From positions 768,001 through 832,000 of the forward strand of contig CAVUKA010000001.1 in the NCBI GenBank assembly GCA_963741945.1: a stretch of DNA of 64,000 nt. Direction: 5' to 3'. Numbering within the stretch: position 1 is the first letter of the stretch; the number at the start of each line of letters is the position of its first letter. Below, piece by piece: positions 20,743 to 31,037 of the stretch. The position numbers and the translations under genes were made by a program. A model generated the notes under the pieces. The model was not told where the DNA came from and searched no databases. It saw only the letters and a list, made by a program, of their open reading frames with translations. The DNA comes from an uncultured Gemmatimonadales bacterium (lineage in GTDB: Bacteria > Gemmatimonadota > Gemmatimonadetes > Longimicrobiales > RSA9).

Positions 20743-21537
20743 TCACGGCAGCTTCAAGCCCACCCACTCGGCTGGGCCGGCAGTGGCGGGGGCGACGAGG
20801 AGGACCACGCGCCCACCCCGGAACGCCGGCCGAAGCCGATTCCCCAGCTGGACGACGCCGCGACGCACCGCTGCCCCCGTCGCAAGGACCCGGACCTCGT
20901 CGACGCCGCGGGCCCGGATCTCGGCCACCGTGTGGAGACCGCCGAACGGGTCCGGCCAGGGCCAGCCGCGACGATGGACGACGCGCCCATCGTCGCCAGT
21001 GAGGCGGAGCCCGGCGGCGGCGAGCGCACCGATGACGCCATCCTCGGTGCCGCCGAGCCCTTCCAGCTCGAGCCCGAGCTGTCGGGCCAGGCGGCGGGCT
21101 TCAGCCTGGGGGACCGGCTCGCGTTGGCAGCGGCGACCGAACGCGACGAGCGGACAGGGGACCGGCGGGGCGGGATCGGGCGGCGCAGCCAACAACTCCC
21201 GCGAACAGAGCTCGACGGGGGCCACCACCACCCCCGGATCGCTGCCCTCAGGCGCGAACTCCCGGATGGCGTTCCGGAGGAACTCCATGAGCACGGCCGG
21301 CAGTGGGGCCTCCAGCGTCCGACGGTGCTCCCCCGTCGCGGTCACGTCGATGGACGCTGCCCCGTTCTGGCTGGTGAAGGGGATGCGTGGATCCTTGAGC
21401 AGCTGGTGGCGGAGGACGATGTCGGCTTCGAACCCCGCCGGCAGAGTCTCGGCAATGCTGCGCGCCAGCTGGTTTGTCCCCGGCGCCCCGATGATGTCGG
21501 TGTCGTCGAGCCCGATGATCAGCTTCCGGCTAATCAA
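20743..21537 (-). CDS. TiaS-core-like (DUF1743-type) hypothetical protein
   Basis: [12 protein letters not shown]...[25 protein letters not shown]; probable TTG start overlapping the upstream stop. Confidence 0.75.
   Translation of the reverse strand: MISRKLIIGLDDTDIIGAPGTNQLARSIAETLPAGFEADIVLRHQLLKDPRIPFTSQNGAASIDVTATGEHRRTLEAPLPAVLMEFLRNAIREFAPEGSDPGVVVAPVELCSRELLAAPPDPAPPVPCPLVAFGRRCQREPVPQAEARRLARQLGLELEGLGGTEDGVIGALAAAGLRLTGDDGRVVHRRGWPWPDPFGGLHTVAEIRARGVDEVRVLATGAAVRRGVVQLGNRLRPAFRGGRVVLLVAPATAGPAEWVGLKLP
21189..21213 (-). repeat. 25-bp dispersed motif inside a CDS
   Basis: GAGCTCTGTTCGCGGGAGTTGTTGG, read as ELCSRELL in the 20743..21537 protein. Confidence 0.85.
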
Positions 21538-22483
21538 TGGGTTTGAGCCCTGCGAGGATCGCCTCCCGTCGTGGCTCGAGGAAAGGCGGAAGCACGACCT
21601 TCTCGCCCAGCGTATCAGGGCTCTCGTCCACGGCGAAGCCGGGGCCGTCCGTCGCGATCTCGAAGAGGACGCCGTTGGGCTCACGAAAATACAGGCTGCG
21701 GAACCAGAAACGGTCCACGGGCCCGGAGTTGGGAACGCCCATCTCCCCCAACCGCCCGACCCACTGCTCGTACTCCTGCGTGTCCGGGGTGCGGAACGCC
21801 ACGTGGTGCACGCCGCCCGCGCCTTGCCGGGACGGGGGGAGGTCGGGCTGGACGGCCACGTGGAGCTCGCCCTGCGGGCCGTCGGCGCCCATCCGAAACA
21901 CGTGGACGCCGGCGGGTCCATGGATCTCGTCCGCGTAATCCCGCGCCAGCTCCATGCCGAGCACCTGCGTCAGCAGGACATTGGTGGGCTGGAGCGTTGG
22001 CGCGCTCATGACGATCGGCCCGAGCCCCCGGATCTGGTGCTCCGCGGGCACCGGGCAGCCGTCCCAGTACGCGGGCGCATCGCCGGCGCCGCCGTCGTCC
22101 ACCAGCGAGAGCCGCTGCCCTTCGGGGTCGTCGAAGTCCATGGTCGCGCGGCCGTCCCGCTCCACGATGTCGCCGTGGATCACACCGCTGCGGTCCAGGT
22201 GCTCGAGCCACCACTCGAGCGATTCGGCGCCGTCCACCCGCATGTGCGTTCGGACGAGGCTGCGCGTGCCGCGGCGCTCCCGGGGCACCGGCCAGTCGAA
22301 GAAGGTGATGTCCGTACCGGGATTCCCACGGCCGTCGGCGTAGAAGAGGTGGTAGGCGGACACGTCGTCCTGATTCACGCTCCGCTTCACCAGGCGGAGG
22401 CCGAGGACTCGCGTGTAGAAGCGATAGTTCTCCCGGACGTCTGCGGTGATGGCCGTGAGGTGGTGGACGCCGCGCAGCTCCAT
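21530..22483 (-). CDS. ring-cleaving dioxygenase/glyoxalase (MhqO-like VOC)
   Basis: [59 protein letters not shown]. Confidence 0.93.
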   Translation of the reverse strand: MELRGVHHLTAITADVRENYRFYTRVLGLRLVKRSVNQDDVSAYHLFYADGRGNPGTDITFFDWPVPRERRGTRSLVRTHMRVDGAESLEWWLEHLDRSGVIHGDIVERDGRATMDFDDPEGQRLSLVDDGGAGDAPAYWDGCPVPAEHQIRGLGPIVMSAPTLQPTNVLLTQVLGMELARDYADEIHGPAGVHVFRMGADGPQGELHVAVQPDLPPSRQGAGGVHHVAFRTPDTQEYEQWVGRLGEMGVPNSGPVDRFWFRSLYFREPNGVLFEIATDGPGFAVDESPDTLGEKVVLPPFLEPRREAILAGLKPID

Positions 22484-22499
22484 GGCGATGCTCTCCGTG

Positions 22500-23123
22500 T
22501 CAGGGGCTCGGGGGCGGACGCCTGCCGCCCGGGGGGTCGCGGAGCTGGAACCAGGCGAGCGCACTGATCCCGCCGGCAACCAGCCCGGCGGCAGCATAGG
22601 TCCAGACCGCCTGGGAAAGCCAGAGCGTGAAGGGGCGGGGGCCGGCCAGCCCGCCCACCCCGACCGCCTTGGTCACCGCCCGCACCAGGAACGCGAGCGT
22701 GTTGGCGGCCCCACCGCCGAGAAGGAAGGCCAGGTGGAGGCGGGCACCGTGTCGTCCGTACCGGAGGGCGAGGTCGAGCAGCGGTCCCGTGGCCAGCAGG
22801 CTCGTGAGGGCGCCCGGTCCGGGGAACGCAAAGCCCATGAGACCGAAGCCGGCGAGCCCGGCGGCGGCCCCCATCCCCATGGCCGTGCCCGCCGCCCGTC
22901 GCGGGACGAGGGCGAAGCCGAAGGCCATCGGGAAAACGGCGAAGACAATGTGGTGTCCGGGAATCCGGAGCCCGAGATCCACGAACATGGTCAACGCCGC
23001 CGCGATGATCCCGAGGCCCACGAGCGCGGTGAGCTCGACGGCCCGCACACGAGCGCCCCCCGCGAGCGTCGGGACGCGGGACTGTCCGCGCAACGCGTCA
23101 TCGACGGTCAAGACGTACGGCAT
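22500..23123 (-). CDS. integral membrane protein, possibly ECF S-component-like
   Basis: About 6 hydrophobic helices with LRIPGHH motif; directly follows a TonB receptor. Confidence 0.65.
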   Translation of the reverse strand: MPYVLTVDDALRGQSRVPTLAGGARVRAVELTALVGLGIIAAALTMFVDLGLRIPGHHIVFAVFPMAFGFALVPRRAAGTAMGMGAAAGLAGFGLMGFAFPGPGALTSLLATGPLLDLALRYGRHGARLHLAFLLGGGAANTLAFLVRAVTKAVGVGGLAGPRPFTLWLSQAVWTYAAAGLVAGGISALAWFQLRDPPGGRRPPPSP

Positions 23124-23136
23124 CGCTTCTCCGTTC

Positions 23137-25176
23137 TCACCAGCCCAGCCGCGCGCCGAGGAAGAGCGTGCGGGTCGCCTGGGGCGAGCCGTATTCCTCC
23201 TCGTACGCGACGTCGAACAGGTTGTCGGCGCCCGCGTAGACCTCCGCCCGCGTCCCGGGCAGGTTCTGCGCCAGCTGCACGCCGATGATGGTGTAGTCCG
23301 GCAACTTCCCCTTCTCGACCGGCTCCTGACGCGAATAGTAATACTGCCCGGCCACGTGCAGCCCTGTCGCGGTGGCCTTCAGTCCGAACGGGAACGTGTA
23401 GCGCGTCTCGAGCGTCGCCCGGTGGCTTGGACGGTACTGCAGCTCCTGCCGCTCCGCACCGGCCGACAGGTCCACCGCGTCCATGAACGTGTAGCCGCCG
23501 CGGACGACCAGCGCGTCCACCGGCCTTGCCTCCGCCGACAGCTCCACGCCCGTGAACCGGTAGCGCTGGAAGTTGGCGAACGGCTCGTCGCGGGACGGCC
23601 GCTCGATATAGTCGCGGACCGTCATGCGGAAGAGGGTCACGTCCACGGCCCCCGCCTCCATCTCGTGCCTCGCCCCCGCTTCCACCACCTCCGCGCGCTC
23701 CGTCGTCAGCGACGCGTTCCCCGCCTCCTCGTCGTAGAGCTGGCGGATGGTGGGGAACCGGAACTTCCGGGCGGCGGCGACGCGCAGCCGCGTGCGCCGG
23801 GAGGCATCGAAGCTGAGCGCGCCCATGTACCCGTCCGCGCCGGACATCCGCTTCTCGCCGGCGATGGTATCGGCCGCAGCGTCGCGCCGCATCCAGTGAT
23901 GCATGTACCCGGCGACGAGCCCCACCCTCGCAGTGGGGCGCAGCTGGTACTCCAGCGCCATGCCATAGCGGGCGAGCGCCCGCTCGTCGGTGTAGCCGCG
24001 CACATCCCAGGCCCGGTCCCGTCCCGAGCCGACCGCAACATCCCGCACGCGGAGGTCCACGCTCCACGCGTCTCGCTCGGCGGACAGCGCCAGAGCGAGT
24101 CGTCCGATAGCCCCGCTGGCCGTGACGGCCTGGACCCCCACTCCCGTCAGCCGCGTCCGCGACCGCGAGTCGTAGGTCCCGCGCGCGTTCACGTCCGACA
24201 TGGCGCTGTACGTGGAGTCGTCGTAGCGCGCCTCGTGCAGCGCCAGCCCATTAAGGTACGCCCACGAGCGCAGCCGCGGCCCGGCGGCCGCGCCCAGCGA
24301 CGCGGCGAGCTGGGCGAACCCGTCATCACGCCCTTCGACCCGCTCGAACGTGGGATTCCGGGCGAACGGGTCGGAGCGGTCCGTCACCACGCCTGGCGGG
24401 ATCCCGTACCCGCCGTGCCCGAGTCCGGCCGTGAGTCCCAGGTCCAGGTCGCTCCGCGGCGACGCCGTGACCAGCACCATTCCCGACACCCGCTCTCTGT
24501 CGCTGTTCGCCCGCTCCGCCGCGCTCCCCGCCGGCCCGACCGTCGGAGAGCCGACCACGGATGGGAAGCCGTCGACCGACGATGCGCTCCCCGAAACGAA
24601 CGCCGACACCGCGCCGCCCCCTCCGCCCGCACGCATGGAAGCCAGCCGGCCGCGCACGTCTCGCACTTCGCCCCTGGCTTCACCGGAGAAGCCACGGCCA
24701 CCGGAGCGCGTGATGATGTTGATCGTGCCCGCCAGACCCCCTTCGCCGTACAGCACGGACCCGGTGCCCGTGGTCACCTTGATGCGCGCGATCTCTTCCG
24801 CCGGAATGAACGCCGGGTCGAACTGGCCGTCGTAGGTCGAGTTCAGCGGAATCCCGTTCAGCAGTAACAGAACGTGCCTCGAGCGAAGCCCCCGCAGGTC
24901 CACCCGCGGCACACCCTGGCCGCCCGTGCGGATGTTCATCCCCGGCACCAGCACCAGCGCCTCGTCCAGCGTGCGGGCGCCGATCGCCTCAATCTCCTGA
25001 GCCGTGATGACGCGCACGGTGGCGGCCGCTTCCGAGACCGGCCGATCCACGCTGGCGACGATCTCCCCCATGTCGTACGCGGGCGGAGCCGGCTCCTGGG
25101 CGCTCACGCCGCCTTCCGCGGCGGTCAGCACGGCGAGAAGGGGGGCGACAGCGACAGCAGGCCAACGAGCTCTCAC
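23137..25176 (-). CDS. TonB-dependent receptor
   Basis: Signal peptide; plug motifs LRG...LLLNGIP, GSVLYG, GTINIITR; C-terminal DNLFD...LFLGARLGW. Confidence 0.93.
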   Translation of the reverse strand: MRARWPAVAVAPLLAVLTAAEGGVSAQEPAPPAYDMGEIVASVDRPVSEAAATVRVITAQEIEAIGARTLDEALVLVPGMNIRTGGQGVPRVDLRGLRSRHVLLLLNGIPLNSTYDGQFDPAFIPAEEIARIKVTTGTGSVLYGEGGLAGTINIITRSGGRGFSGEARGEVRDVRGRLASMRAGGGGGAVSAFVSGSASSVDGFPSVVGSPTVGPAGSAAERANSDRERVSGMVLVTASPRSDLDLGLTAGLGHGGYGIPPGVVTDRSDPFARNPTFERVEGRDDGFAQLAASLGAAAGPRLRSWAYLNGLALHEARYDDSTYSAMSDVNARGTYDSRSRTRLTGVGVQAVTASGAIGRLALALSAERDAWSVDLRVRDVAVGSGRDRAWDVRGYTDERALARYGMALEYQLRPTARVGLVAGYMHHWMRRDAAADTIAGEKRMSGADGYMGALSFDASRRTRLRVAAARKFRFPTIRQLYDEEAGNASLTTERAEVVEAGARHEMEAGAVDVTLFRMTVRDYIERPSRDEPFANFQRYRFTGVELSAEARPVDALVVRGGYTFMDAVDLSAGAERQELQYRPSHRATLETRYTFPFGLKATATGLHVAGQYYYSRQEPVEKGKLPDYTIIGVQLAQNLPGTRAEVYAGADNLFDVAYEEEYGSPQATRTLFLGARLGW

Positions 25177-25200
25177 GGGCGGCGCTCCAGGGCGGCAGGA

Positions 25201-25241
25201 TCAGGACAGTCATGAAGAGCAGGCGAGCGCACGCCTGTCAA
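25201..25241 (-). promoter_or_regulatory. possible promoter/operator of the TonB receptor cluster
   Basis: TTGACA on the minus strand (25241-25236) and imperfect palindrome TCAGGAC-A-GTCATGA (25201-25215); -10 element is weak. Confidence 0.35.
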
Positions 25242-25333
25242 TGCGCCTCGCCGTCCGCGGGACGCGCGCAAGACTGGCGCCTCGTCGCGGCGTCGGCTAG
25301 GCTCTCGCCAATGCCCAGTCGAACATCGGGGAG

Positions 25334-26023
25334 GTGGCCTTGAGCGCGGAACCAGCCGGCGAGAAGGCCCGGCGGGAGATGACGTTTCTGCTGGCCGGGC
25401 CGGAACGGCGGGTGCTCGTCGCCATGGCTCGCCGTCTCCCGCCGTGGCTCACTTCGGACCACCTCACGATCATCGGCGTGTTTGGCGCCGTCGGCGTCGC
25501 CGCCGGGTACGCCCTGTCCGGGCGCGGCCCCGGCTGGCTCTGGCTCGCCACGGGGATGCTGGTGGTCAACTGGTTCGGCGACAGTCTGGATGGCACCGTC
25601 GCCCGGGTCCGCCATTGCGAGCGCCCCAAGTACGGCTACTACATCGACCACGCCGTCGATGCGCTCACCACCGCCCTCATTGCCGGCGGCATCGGCTTCT
25701 CCCCGTTCGTCTCGCTCTGGGTCTCACTCCTGGTGGTGATCGTCTATCTGATGCTCTCCATCAACGTCTACCTGGAGTCCGCCGTCTACGGAGTGTTCAA
25801 CATCTCGTACGGCATCTTCGGACCCACGGAGGGACGCATCGTGCTGGCCGTCGTGAACACCGCGCTCTACTTCGCCGTGCTCAACGGCCTGTCGGCGACC
25901 GCGATCCAGCCCGTCGCCGACCCCGTGGTCAGCGCCGGCGTTGGCGTGATGTTCCTCATGCTCGTGGTTCGCTTCGCCCGCAACCTCCGTGTCCTCGGCG
26001 CCCGCGAGCCACTCGAGCGATAG
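25334..26023 (+). CDS. CDP-alcohol phosphatidyltransferase family protein
   Basis: GDSLDGTVARVR...YGYYIDHAVD signature; GPTE. Confidence 0.92.
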   Translation: MALSAEPAGEKARREMTFLLAGPERRVLVAMARRLPPWLTSDHLTIIGVFGAVGVAAGYALSGRGPGWLWLATGMLVVNWFGDSLDGTVARVRHCERPKYGYYIDHAVDALTTALIAGGIGFSPFVSLWVSLLVVIVYLMLSINVYLESAVYGVFNISYGIFGPTEGRIVLAVVNTALYFAVLNGLSATAIQPVADPVVSAGVGVMFLMLVVRFARNLRVLGAREPLER

Positions 26024-26132
26024 GCAGGCGCGCGAGGAGCCGAGCCCCGGCGGTCGCGGCCGGGACCGACCGTCGCGCTGCCGCGACCGGTGGCCGATAT
26101 TGAGCGGCACCACAGTCGAGCGGAGAGAGCAC

Positions 26133-27212
26133 ATGAGCGATGGGAGAATGGGGCAGGCGGGCGACGGCGAAGGCGCAGGGGGCGCCGCCAACAATTCCCG
26201 CGAACAGAACCCCAGTGATCTGGGCCGCCGCGCGTTTGTGCGGGCGGCTGCTGGCGCGGCGGCGACACTGACCGGCGCCGGCCTGCTGTCCGCGCCGCTA
26301 CTGGGCGCCAGCACCAGCCGCGGGCGCCGCGCCGCCGGCCACCGTCCCCCGGCGCTCGCGCCCGAGCCGTGGGGCAGTCTCGTCCCCGTCGCCGAAGACG
26401 CCTGGGCAGTGATCTCGACGCCGCTGGCGTCCGGCCCCGAAGCCCGGCGCACGGTGTGCAACGGCGGGCTGGTCGCCGGCAAGGACGCGGTGCTCGCGAT
26501 CGAGGGGTTCGCCTCGCCCGCCGGCGCCACGTGGCTCGCGGCGGAAGCTGAGCGGCTGGTCGGCCGTCCCCCCACGCATGTCGTGCTGACACATTACCAC
26601 GCCGATCATACGGGCGGCACCGTGGGCTACGTCCGCGACGGCGCGCCGCCCACGATGCTCGCGACCGAGACCACTCGCCGCCTGACGGCCCGGCACGAGG
26701 CCGAGCTGCGCGATGGCGCCAGGGCCGCTCCGCCGGTGCTGCTCCCCGACCACCTGATCCCGGATCAGGGCGATCCCGTCGAGCTCGACCTGGGCGGCCG
26801 GCACGTCCGGCTCGTGGGGCGCGCGGGGCACACGCCCAGCGATCTGGTGGTCGAGCTCGGCGACGCCCCCGTGATCTTCACGGGAGACCTGGTCTGGATC
26901 GGCATGTTCCCGAACTACGTGGACGCCATCCCCTCCCTGCTCTCCCGCAACGTGCGGGCGTTGCGCGCGCAGAACGCCGAGACCTACGTCTCCGGCCACG
27001 GGACGCTGGGCACGCCCGCAGATCTCGACCGCTACATCGCCCTGCTGGACCATGTCGAGACCGCAGCCCGCCGTGCCGTCGACGCCGGCCTCCCCGTAGA
27101 ACAGGCCGCGGCCGATTATACGATCCCGGCGTCGCTCGGGTCGTGGCACATGTTCTCCCCGCGCTACGCCGAGATGGCGTTCAGGGCCTGGGCCCGGGAG
27201 CTGGCGGACTAG
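26133..27212 (+). CDS. MBL-fold metallo-hydrolase with Tat-like signal
   Basis: LGRRAFV twin-arginine motif; THYHADHTGG, GHTPSD, FTGDL, SGHG; start uncertain. Confidence 0.88.
   Translation: MSDGRMGQAGDGEGAGGAANNSREQNPSDLGRRAFVRAAAGAAATLTGAGLLSAPLLGASTSRGRRAAGHRPPALAPEPWGSLVPVAEDAWAVISTPLASGPEARRTVCNGGLVAGKDAVLAIEGFASPAGATWLAAEAERLVGRPPTHVVLTHYHADHTGGTVGYVRDGAPPTMLATETTRRLTARHEAELRDGARAAPPVLLPDHLIPDQGDPVELDLGGRHVRLVGRAGHTPSDLVVELGDAPVIFTGDLVWIGMFPNYVDAIPSLLSRNVRALRAQNAETYVSGHGTLGTPADLDRYIALLDHVETAARRAVDAGLPVEQAAADYTIPASLGSWHMFSPRYAEMAFRAWARELAD
26188..26212 (-). repeat. 25-bp dispersed motif at the 5' end of the MBL gene
   Basis: CCAACAATTCCCGCGAACAGAACCC followed by CAGTGA, the same flank as the copy at 15668. 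Confidence 0.9.
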
Positions 27213-27431
27213 GCGCGTAAGCCGCGCCCCGACCCATGCCGCCCGTCCTCACCCGCCCCGTCGCGGCGGCGCCGGCGAGGCTGGCCGCGTCCGGCGCGGT
27301 GGCCCGGCCGGCGGCACCGACTGCCGCGGCGGCCGCCCCTCGCAAGCCGGCTTCGCCCGTTCCGGTACCGCGCGCCCCGGCCGCCGCCGCTTCCCGCCTG
27401 GTCCTCTTCCCATTCCGCACCCCTCCCGCTG

Positions 27432-27746
27432 CTACCGCACCATGGTGAGCAGCATCTTGAACCGCTTCTCCGCCCTGACCGCGTGCGGACGATGTGCGGG
27501 CAGGATGATCCCCTCGCCCGCCGCCACCTCGAACCAGTCCTCGCCGATCCGGATGTTCGCCTCACCGTCGATCACGTGCAGCAACGCCGCGAACGGGGTG
27601 GTGTGCTCGCTGAGCTCCTCACCCTCCGCAAACGCGAACGCCGTTGTGTTGCCACCCTTCTCCGCCACCAGCTTCCGGCTCACCACCGAGCCCTCCTGGT
27701 AGGCGATGAGGTCGGCCATCGGCGTCGGCACTTCGAGTACTCCCAT
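27432..27746 (-). CDS. cupin domain protein
   Basis: YQEGSVVSR, FAFAEGEELSEHTTP, PAHRPHAV, FKMLL. Confidence 0.9.
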   Translation of the reverse strand: MGVLEVPTPMADLIAYQEGSVVSRKLVAEKGGNTTAFAFAEGEELSEHTTPFAALLHVIDGEANIRIGEDWFEVAAGEGIILPAHRPHAVRAEKRFKMLLTMVR

Positions 27747-27898
27747 CCTGTCCCTCCCATTGGATCTCCGTCGGCCGTGCTCCACGCACGCCCACGGCAG
27801 AATACGATGGGCAAATACCAATCCCGCCGCGAGCCTGCCGGTCGAACCGCGGATCGGCCCTGCACCCGATCCCCCCTTCCTGCTAGATTCCCGCCGCC

Positions 27899-29887
27899 AT
27901 GATCTCCGTATCGAACCTGTCCAAGTCCTTCGGCGCGCAGACGCTCTTCGAGGGGGCCAGCTTCCAGCTGAACCCCGGGGAGCGGTACGGGCTGGTGGGC
28001 GCCAACGGCTCCGGCAAGACCACGCTGCTGCGGATCCTCGCGGGCGACGAGGATCCGTCGTCGGGTTCCGTCGCCATCCCGTCACGCGCGAACCTCGGCG
28101 TCCTCCGACAGGACCAGTTCCTGTACGAGGACGAGGAGATCCTGGCCGTGGCCATGCGCGGCAACGCGGAGCTGTGGAGCGCCATCGTGGAGAAGGAGCG
28201 GCTGCTCGCCCGCGCGTCCGAGGACTTCGACGCGGGGCGGTACGGCCGGCTCGAGGAGACCATCGAGCGGCACGATGGCTACGCCGCCGAGGCCAGGGCA
28301 GCGGAGATCCTGGAGGGTCTCGGCATTCCAGCGGAAGTCCATCGTCGTCCGCTCTCCACGCTCTCGGGCGGTTTCAAGCTGCGCGTGCTCCTCGCCCAGG
28401 CGCTGGCGGGAAAGCCGGACGCGCTGCTGCTCGATGAGCCCACCAACCACCTGGACATCGTCTCGATCCGCTGGCTCGAGAAGTTCCTCCGCGATTTCTC
28501 CGGGCCCGCGCTGGTGATCTCCCACGACCACCGCTTCCTCGACAATGTGGTCAGCCAGATCCTGGACGTGGACTATCGTACGGTCACGCTCTATCGGGGC
28601 AATTACAGCGACTTCATCGAAGCGAAGCGGGACGAGCGGGAGCGGCGGGAGAAGGAGATCGAGTCGAGGGAGAAGGAGATCGCGCACCACCAGCTCTTCG
28701 CGGACCGGTTCCGCGCCAAGGCGAGCAAGGCCCGACAGGCCCAGAGCAAGCTGAGGCTCATCGAGAAGAAGGCCGGAGAGCTGGAGCCGCTCGCGCCCTC
28801 GTCGCGCCGTTACCCGACATTCCGTTTCCACCCTCGCCGCCCGCCCGGGCGCGAGGTCCTGGAGGCCACGGGGGTCGAGAAGTCGTATGGCGAGAACCGG
28901 GTGCTCCACGGTGTCGACCTCCAGGTCCGACGAGGCGACCGGCTGGCCATCATCGGGCCGAACGGCATCGGCAAGTCCACGCTCCTGAAGATCCTGGTGG
29001 GCGAGCTCGAGCCGGACGCGGGGGAAGTCGAGTGGGGCTATGCCACGCAGCCGGGCTATTTCGCGCAGGACCACCACGAGCAACTGGGCGAGGAAGCCAT
29101 CACGGCACAGCAGTGGATCGCGCACCACGCACCGGGGCTCACCACGAGCTATCTGCGCGGCGCCATGGGCATGGTCCTGTTCTCTGGCGACGAGGCGGAG
29201 AAGCGTCTGTCGGCGCTCTCCGGCGGCGAGGCCGCCCGCCTCGCCTTCTGCCGCCTGGCCCTCGCCCGCCCCAACGTCCTCGTCCTCGATGAGCCGACCA
29301 ATCACCTGGACATGGAATCCATCGAGGCGCTCGTGGACGGCCTGCGCGAGTTCGATGGCACCCTGATCCTCGTCTCTCACGACCGCTGGTTCGTGAGCCA
29401 GCTCGCCGACCGGATCGTCGAGATCTCCCGCGACGGCATCCGGGACTATCGCGGCACGTACGAGGAGTACGTCCACGCCCTCGGCGATGACCACCTGGAC
29501 GCCGATGCCGTCCTGGAGCAGGCGCGCTCGGGAAAGCGGAAGGAGAAGGCCGGGAAAGCCGCGGGCGAGAACGGCGCGCGGCAGTCGCCATCGGCCCGCA
29601 CGTCCAGAGACCGCCGGGGCGACGCCGCGAGCCCCCCGCCGCTGCCGCTGAACCCGTTCAAGCTGAAGCTGCGCCGCGACGAGATCACGGAGCGGATCCA
29701 CGCCGCGGAGACTCGCCTGGCCGAGATCGAGCGCGCGTTCACCGATCCCGGCCTGTACTCCGCGGATCGAGTCGATGAGGTGCGGGCGCTCGAGGAGGAG
29801 CGCGAGGCTGTCGGCTCCCGGGTGGAAGCGCTCATGGTGGAATGGGAGGACGTGGAGAAGCGGCTGGAAGAGTCCGATCAGCCGTAG
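27899..29887 (+). CDS. ABC-F family ATP-binding protein
   Basis: Two ABC domains (GANGSGKTT, GPNGIGKST), LSGG, LDEPTNHLD x2, no TM helices, coiled-coil tail. Confidence 0.95.
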   Translation: MISVSNLSKSFGAQTLFEGASFQLNPGERYGLVGANGSGKTTLLRILAGDEDPSSGSVAIPSRANLGVLRQDQFLYEDEEILAVAMRGNAELWSAIVEKERLLARASEDFDAGRYGRLEETIERHDGYAAEARAAEILEGLGIPAEVHRRPLSTLSGGFKLRVLLAQALAGKPDALLLDEPTNHLDIVSIRWLEKFLRDFSGPALVISHDHRFLDNVVSQILDVDYRTVTLYRGNYSDFIEAKRDERERREKEIESREKEIAHHQLFADRFRAKASKARQAQSKLRLIEKKAGELEPLAPSSRRYPTFRFHPRRPPGREVLEATGVEKSYGENRVLHGVDLQVRRGDRLAIIGPNGIGKSTLLKILVGELEPDAGEVEWGYATQPGYFAQDHHEQLGEEAITAQQWIAHHAPGLTTSYLRGAMGMVLFSGDEAEKRLSALSGGEAARLAFCRLALARPNVLVLDEPTNHLDMESIEALVDGLREFDGTLILVSHDRWFVSQLADRIVEISRDGIRDYRGTYEEYVHALGDDHLDADAVLEQARSGKRKEKAGKAAGENGARQSPSARTSRDRRGDAASPPPLPLNPFKLKLRRDEITERIHAAETRLAEIERAFTDPGLYSADRVDEVRALEEEREAVGSRVEALMVEWEDVEKRLEESDQP

Positions 29888-30230
29888 CCCGGTCCCGGCC
29901 GCCGCGTGAACGAAAGCGGGAGCAGCCGGGCCAGCCGGAGCGGCGGGCGGGATGGCCGCCGAAGGTCCGTGGGCTCGGGCCGGGGATCGCCGATCGGGTC
30001 CAGGAACCAGATGCCCGTCCCCGCCAGCGGATCGGCGGGCTCACGGTCGTCGAGCCAGACCACGCGCAGCGGCCGCCGGGGATCGGGGCGCAGCGCGCCC
30101 AGACCCGCCGCTTCCACCACGCCGGCCACCGCCGCCGCCAGCATCCCCCGCCAGATCTTCCGCTGCTTCACGCTCGCCTCCGGTCCCGGACTTCGCCCGC
30201 CCCAAGGAAGCTAACGCCACCCGATCGGGA

Positions 30231-30857
30231 CTACAGCCGGGCAATGGCGACGAAGTGACAGACGCTCCCGCCGAGCACGAAGAGGTGCCAGATCACGTGC
30301 GCGTACCGAATCCCATCCAGGTGGTACAGGAGCGTACCGGCCGTGTAGATCACGCCCCCCGCCACCAGCCACGCCAGCGTCGCTGGCGCCAGCTGGTGGA
30401 TCAGCGGCAGCCCCACCAGCAGCCCCAGCCACGCCATTCCCAGGTACATCACCGTCGAGAAGCGCGGGAAGCGGTCCAGGAAGTTCAGCTTGAAGACGAT
30501 GCCCGCCGCAGCCATCCCCCACATCGCCACCAGCAGCGTCCAACCCCAGGGCCGCCGCAGCCGCAGCAGCAGGAAGGGCGTGTACGACCCCGCGATCAGC
30601 AGGTAGATGGCCGAGTGGTCCAGCACACGGAGCGCCTGCTTCAGACCGCGCGACCGCGCGGCATGATAGAGCGTGGACGCCGTGTAGAGCAGCACCAGCG
30701 TGGCCCCGTACACGGTGTACGCCAGCAGCCGCCACCCGTCTCCCCGGCTCACCGCCTCGCCCACCAGGTAGCCGGCGCCCACCGCCGCGATCAGCGCCCC
30801 CGCACCGTGCGTGACGCTGTGGAAGAGCTCCTCCCGCTCCGTGTAGAATCCGTCCAT
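30231..30857 (-). CDS. hemolysin III / PAQR family membrane protein
   Basis: EE..HSVTHG, STLYH, DHSAIYLLIAGSYTP, HVIWHLFV. Confidence 0.93.
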   Translation of the reverse strand: MDGFYTEREELFHSVTHGAGALIAAVGAGYLVGEAVSRGDGWRLLAYTVYGATLVLLYTASTLYHAARSRGLKQALRVLDHSAIYLLIAGSYTPFLLLRLRRPWGWTLLVAMWGMAAAGIVFKLNFLDRFPRFSTVMYLGMAWLGLLVGLPLIHQLAPATLAWLVAGGVIYTAGTLLYHLDGIRYAHVIWHLFVLGGSVCHFVAIARL

Positions 30858-31037
30858 TGCGCACCTCTCGGCACCACTCCTCTGCAACGGCGGGGCCAGT
30901 CCTGCCCCTTTGGCGTGGAGGGGCGGACAGGCCCGTCCTCGTCCGGGCCGCCACGGCCGAAACCAGGCGCACGCCCGCGCCGTACTGCTCCACGACGGCG
31001 GTGCAGCCGTCCCGTACCCCCGTGCCCGGAGCCGTTC

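Noticed and set aside
25177-25333. Cobalamin or other riboswitch upstream of the TonB receptor
   Set aside because: No B12-box or other recognisable aptamer motif; the gap is short and shared with a divergent gene.
27181-27448. Small Ala/Arg/Pro-rich ORFs between the MBL and cupin genes
   Set aside because: Low complexity with no convincing SD or motif; cannot be supported.
29878-30171. 97-aa minus-strand ORF (MKQRKIWRG...)
   Set aside because: Has a GGAGG upstream but is Arg/Pro-rich with no recognisable family; left uncalled.
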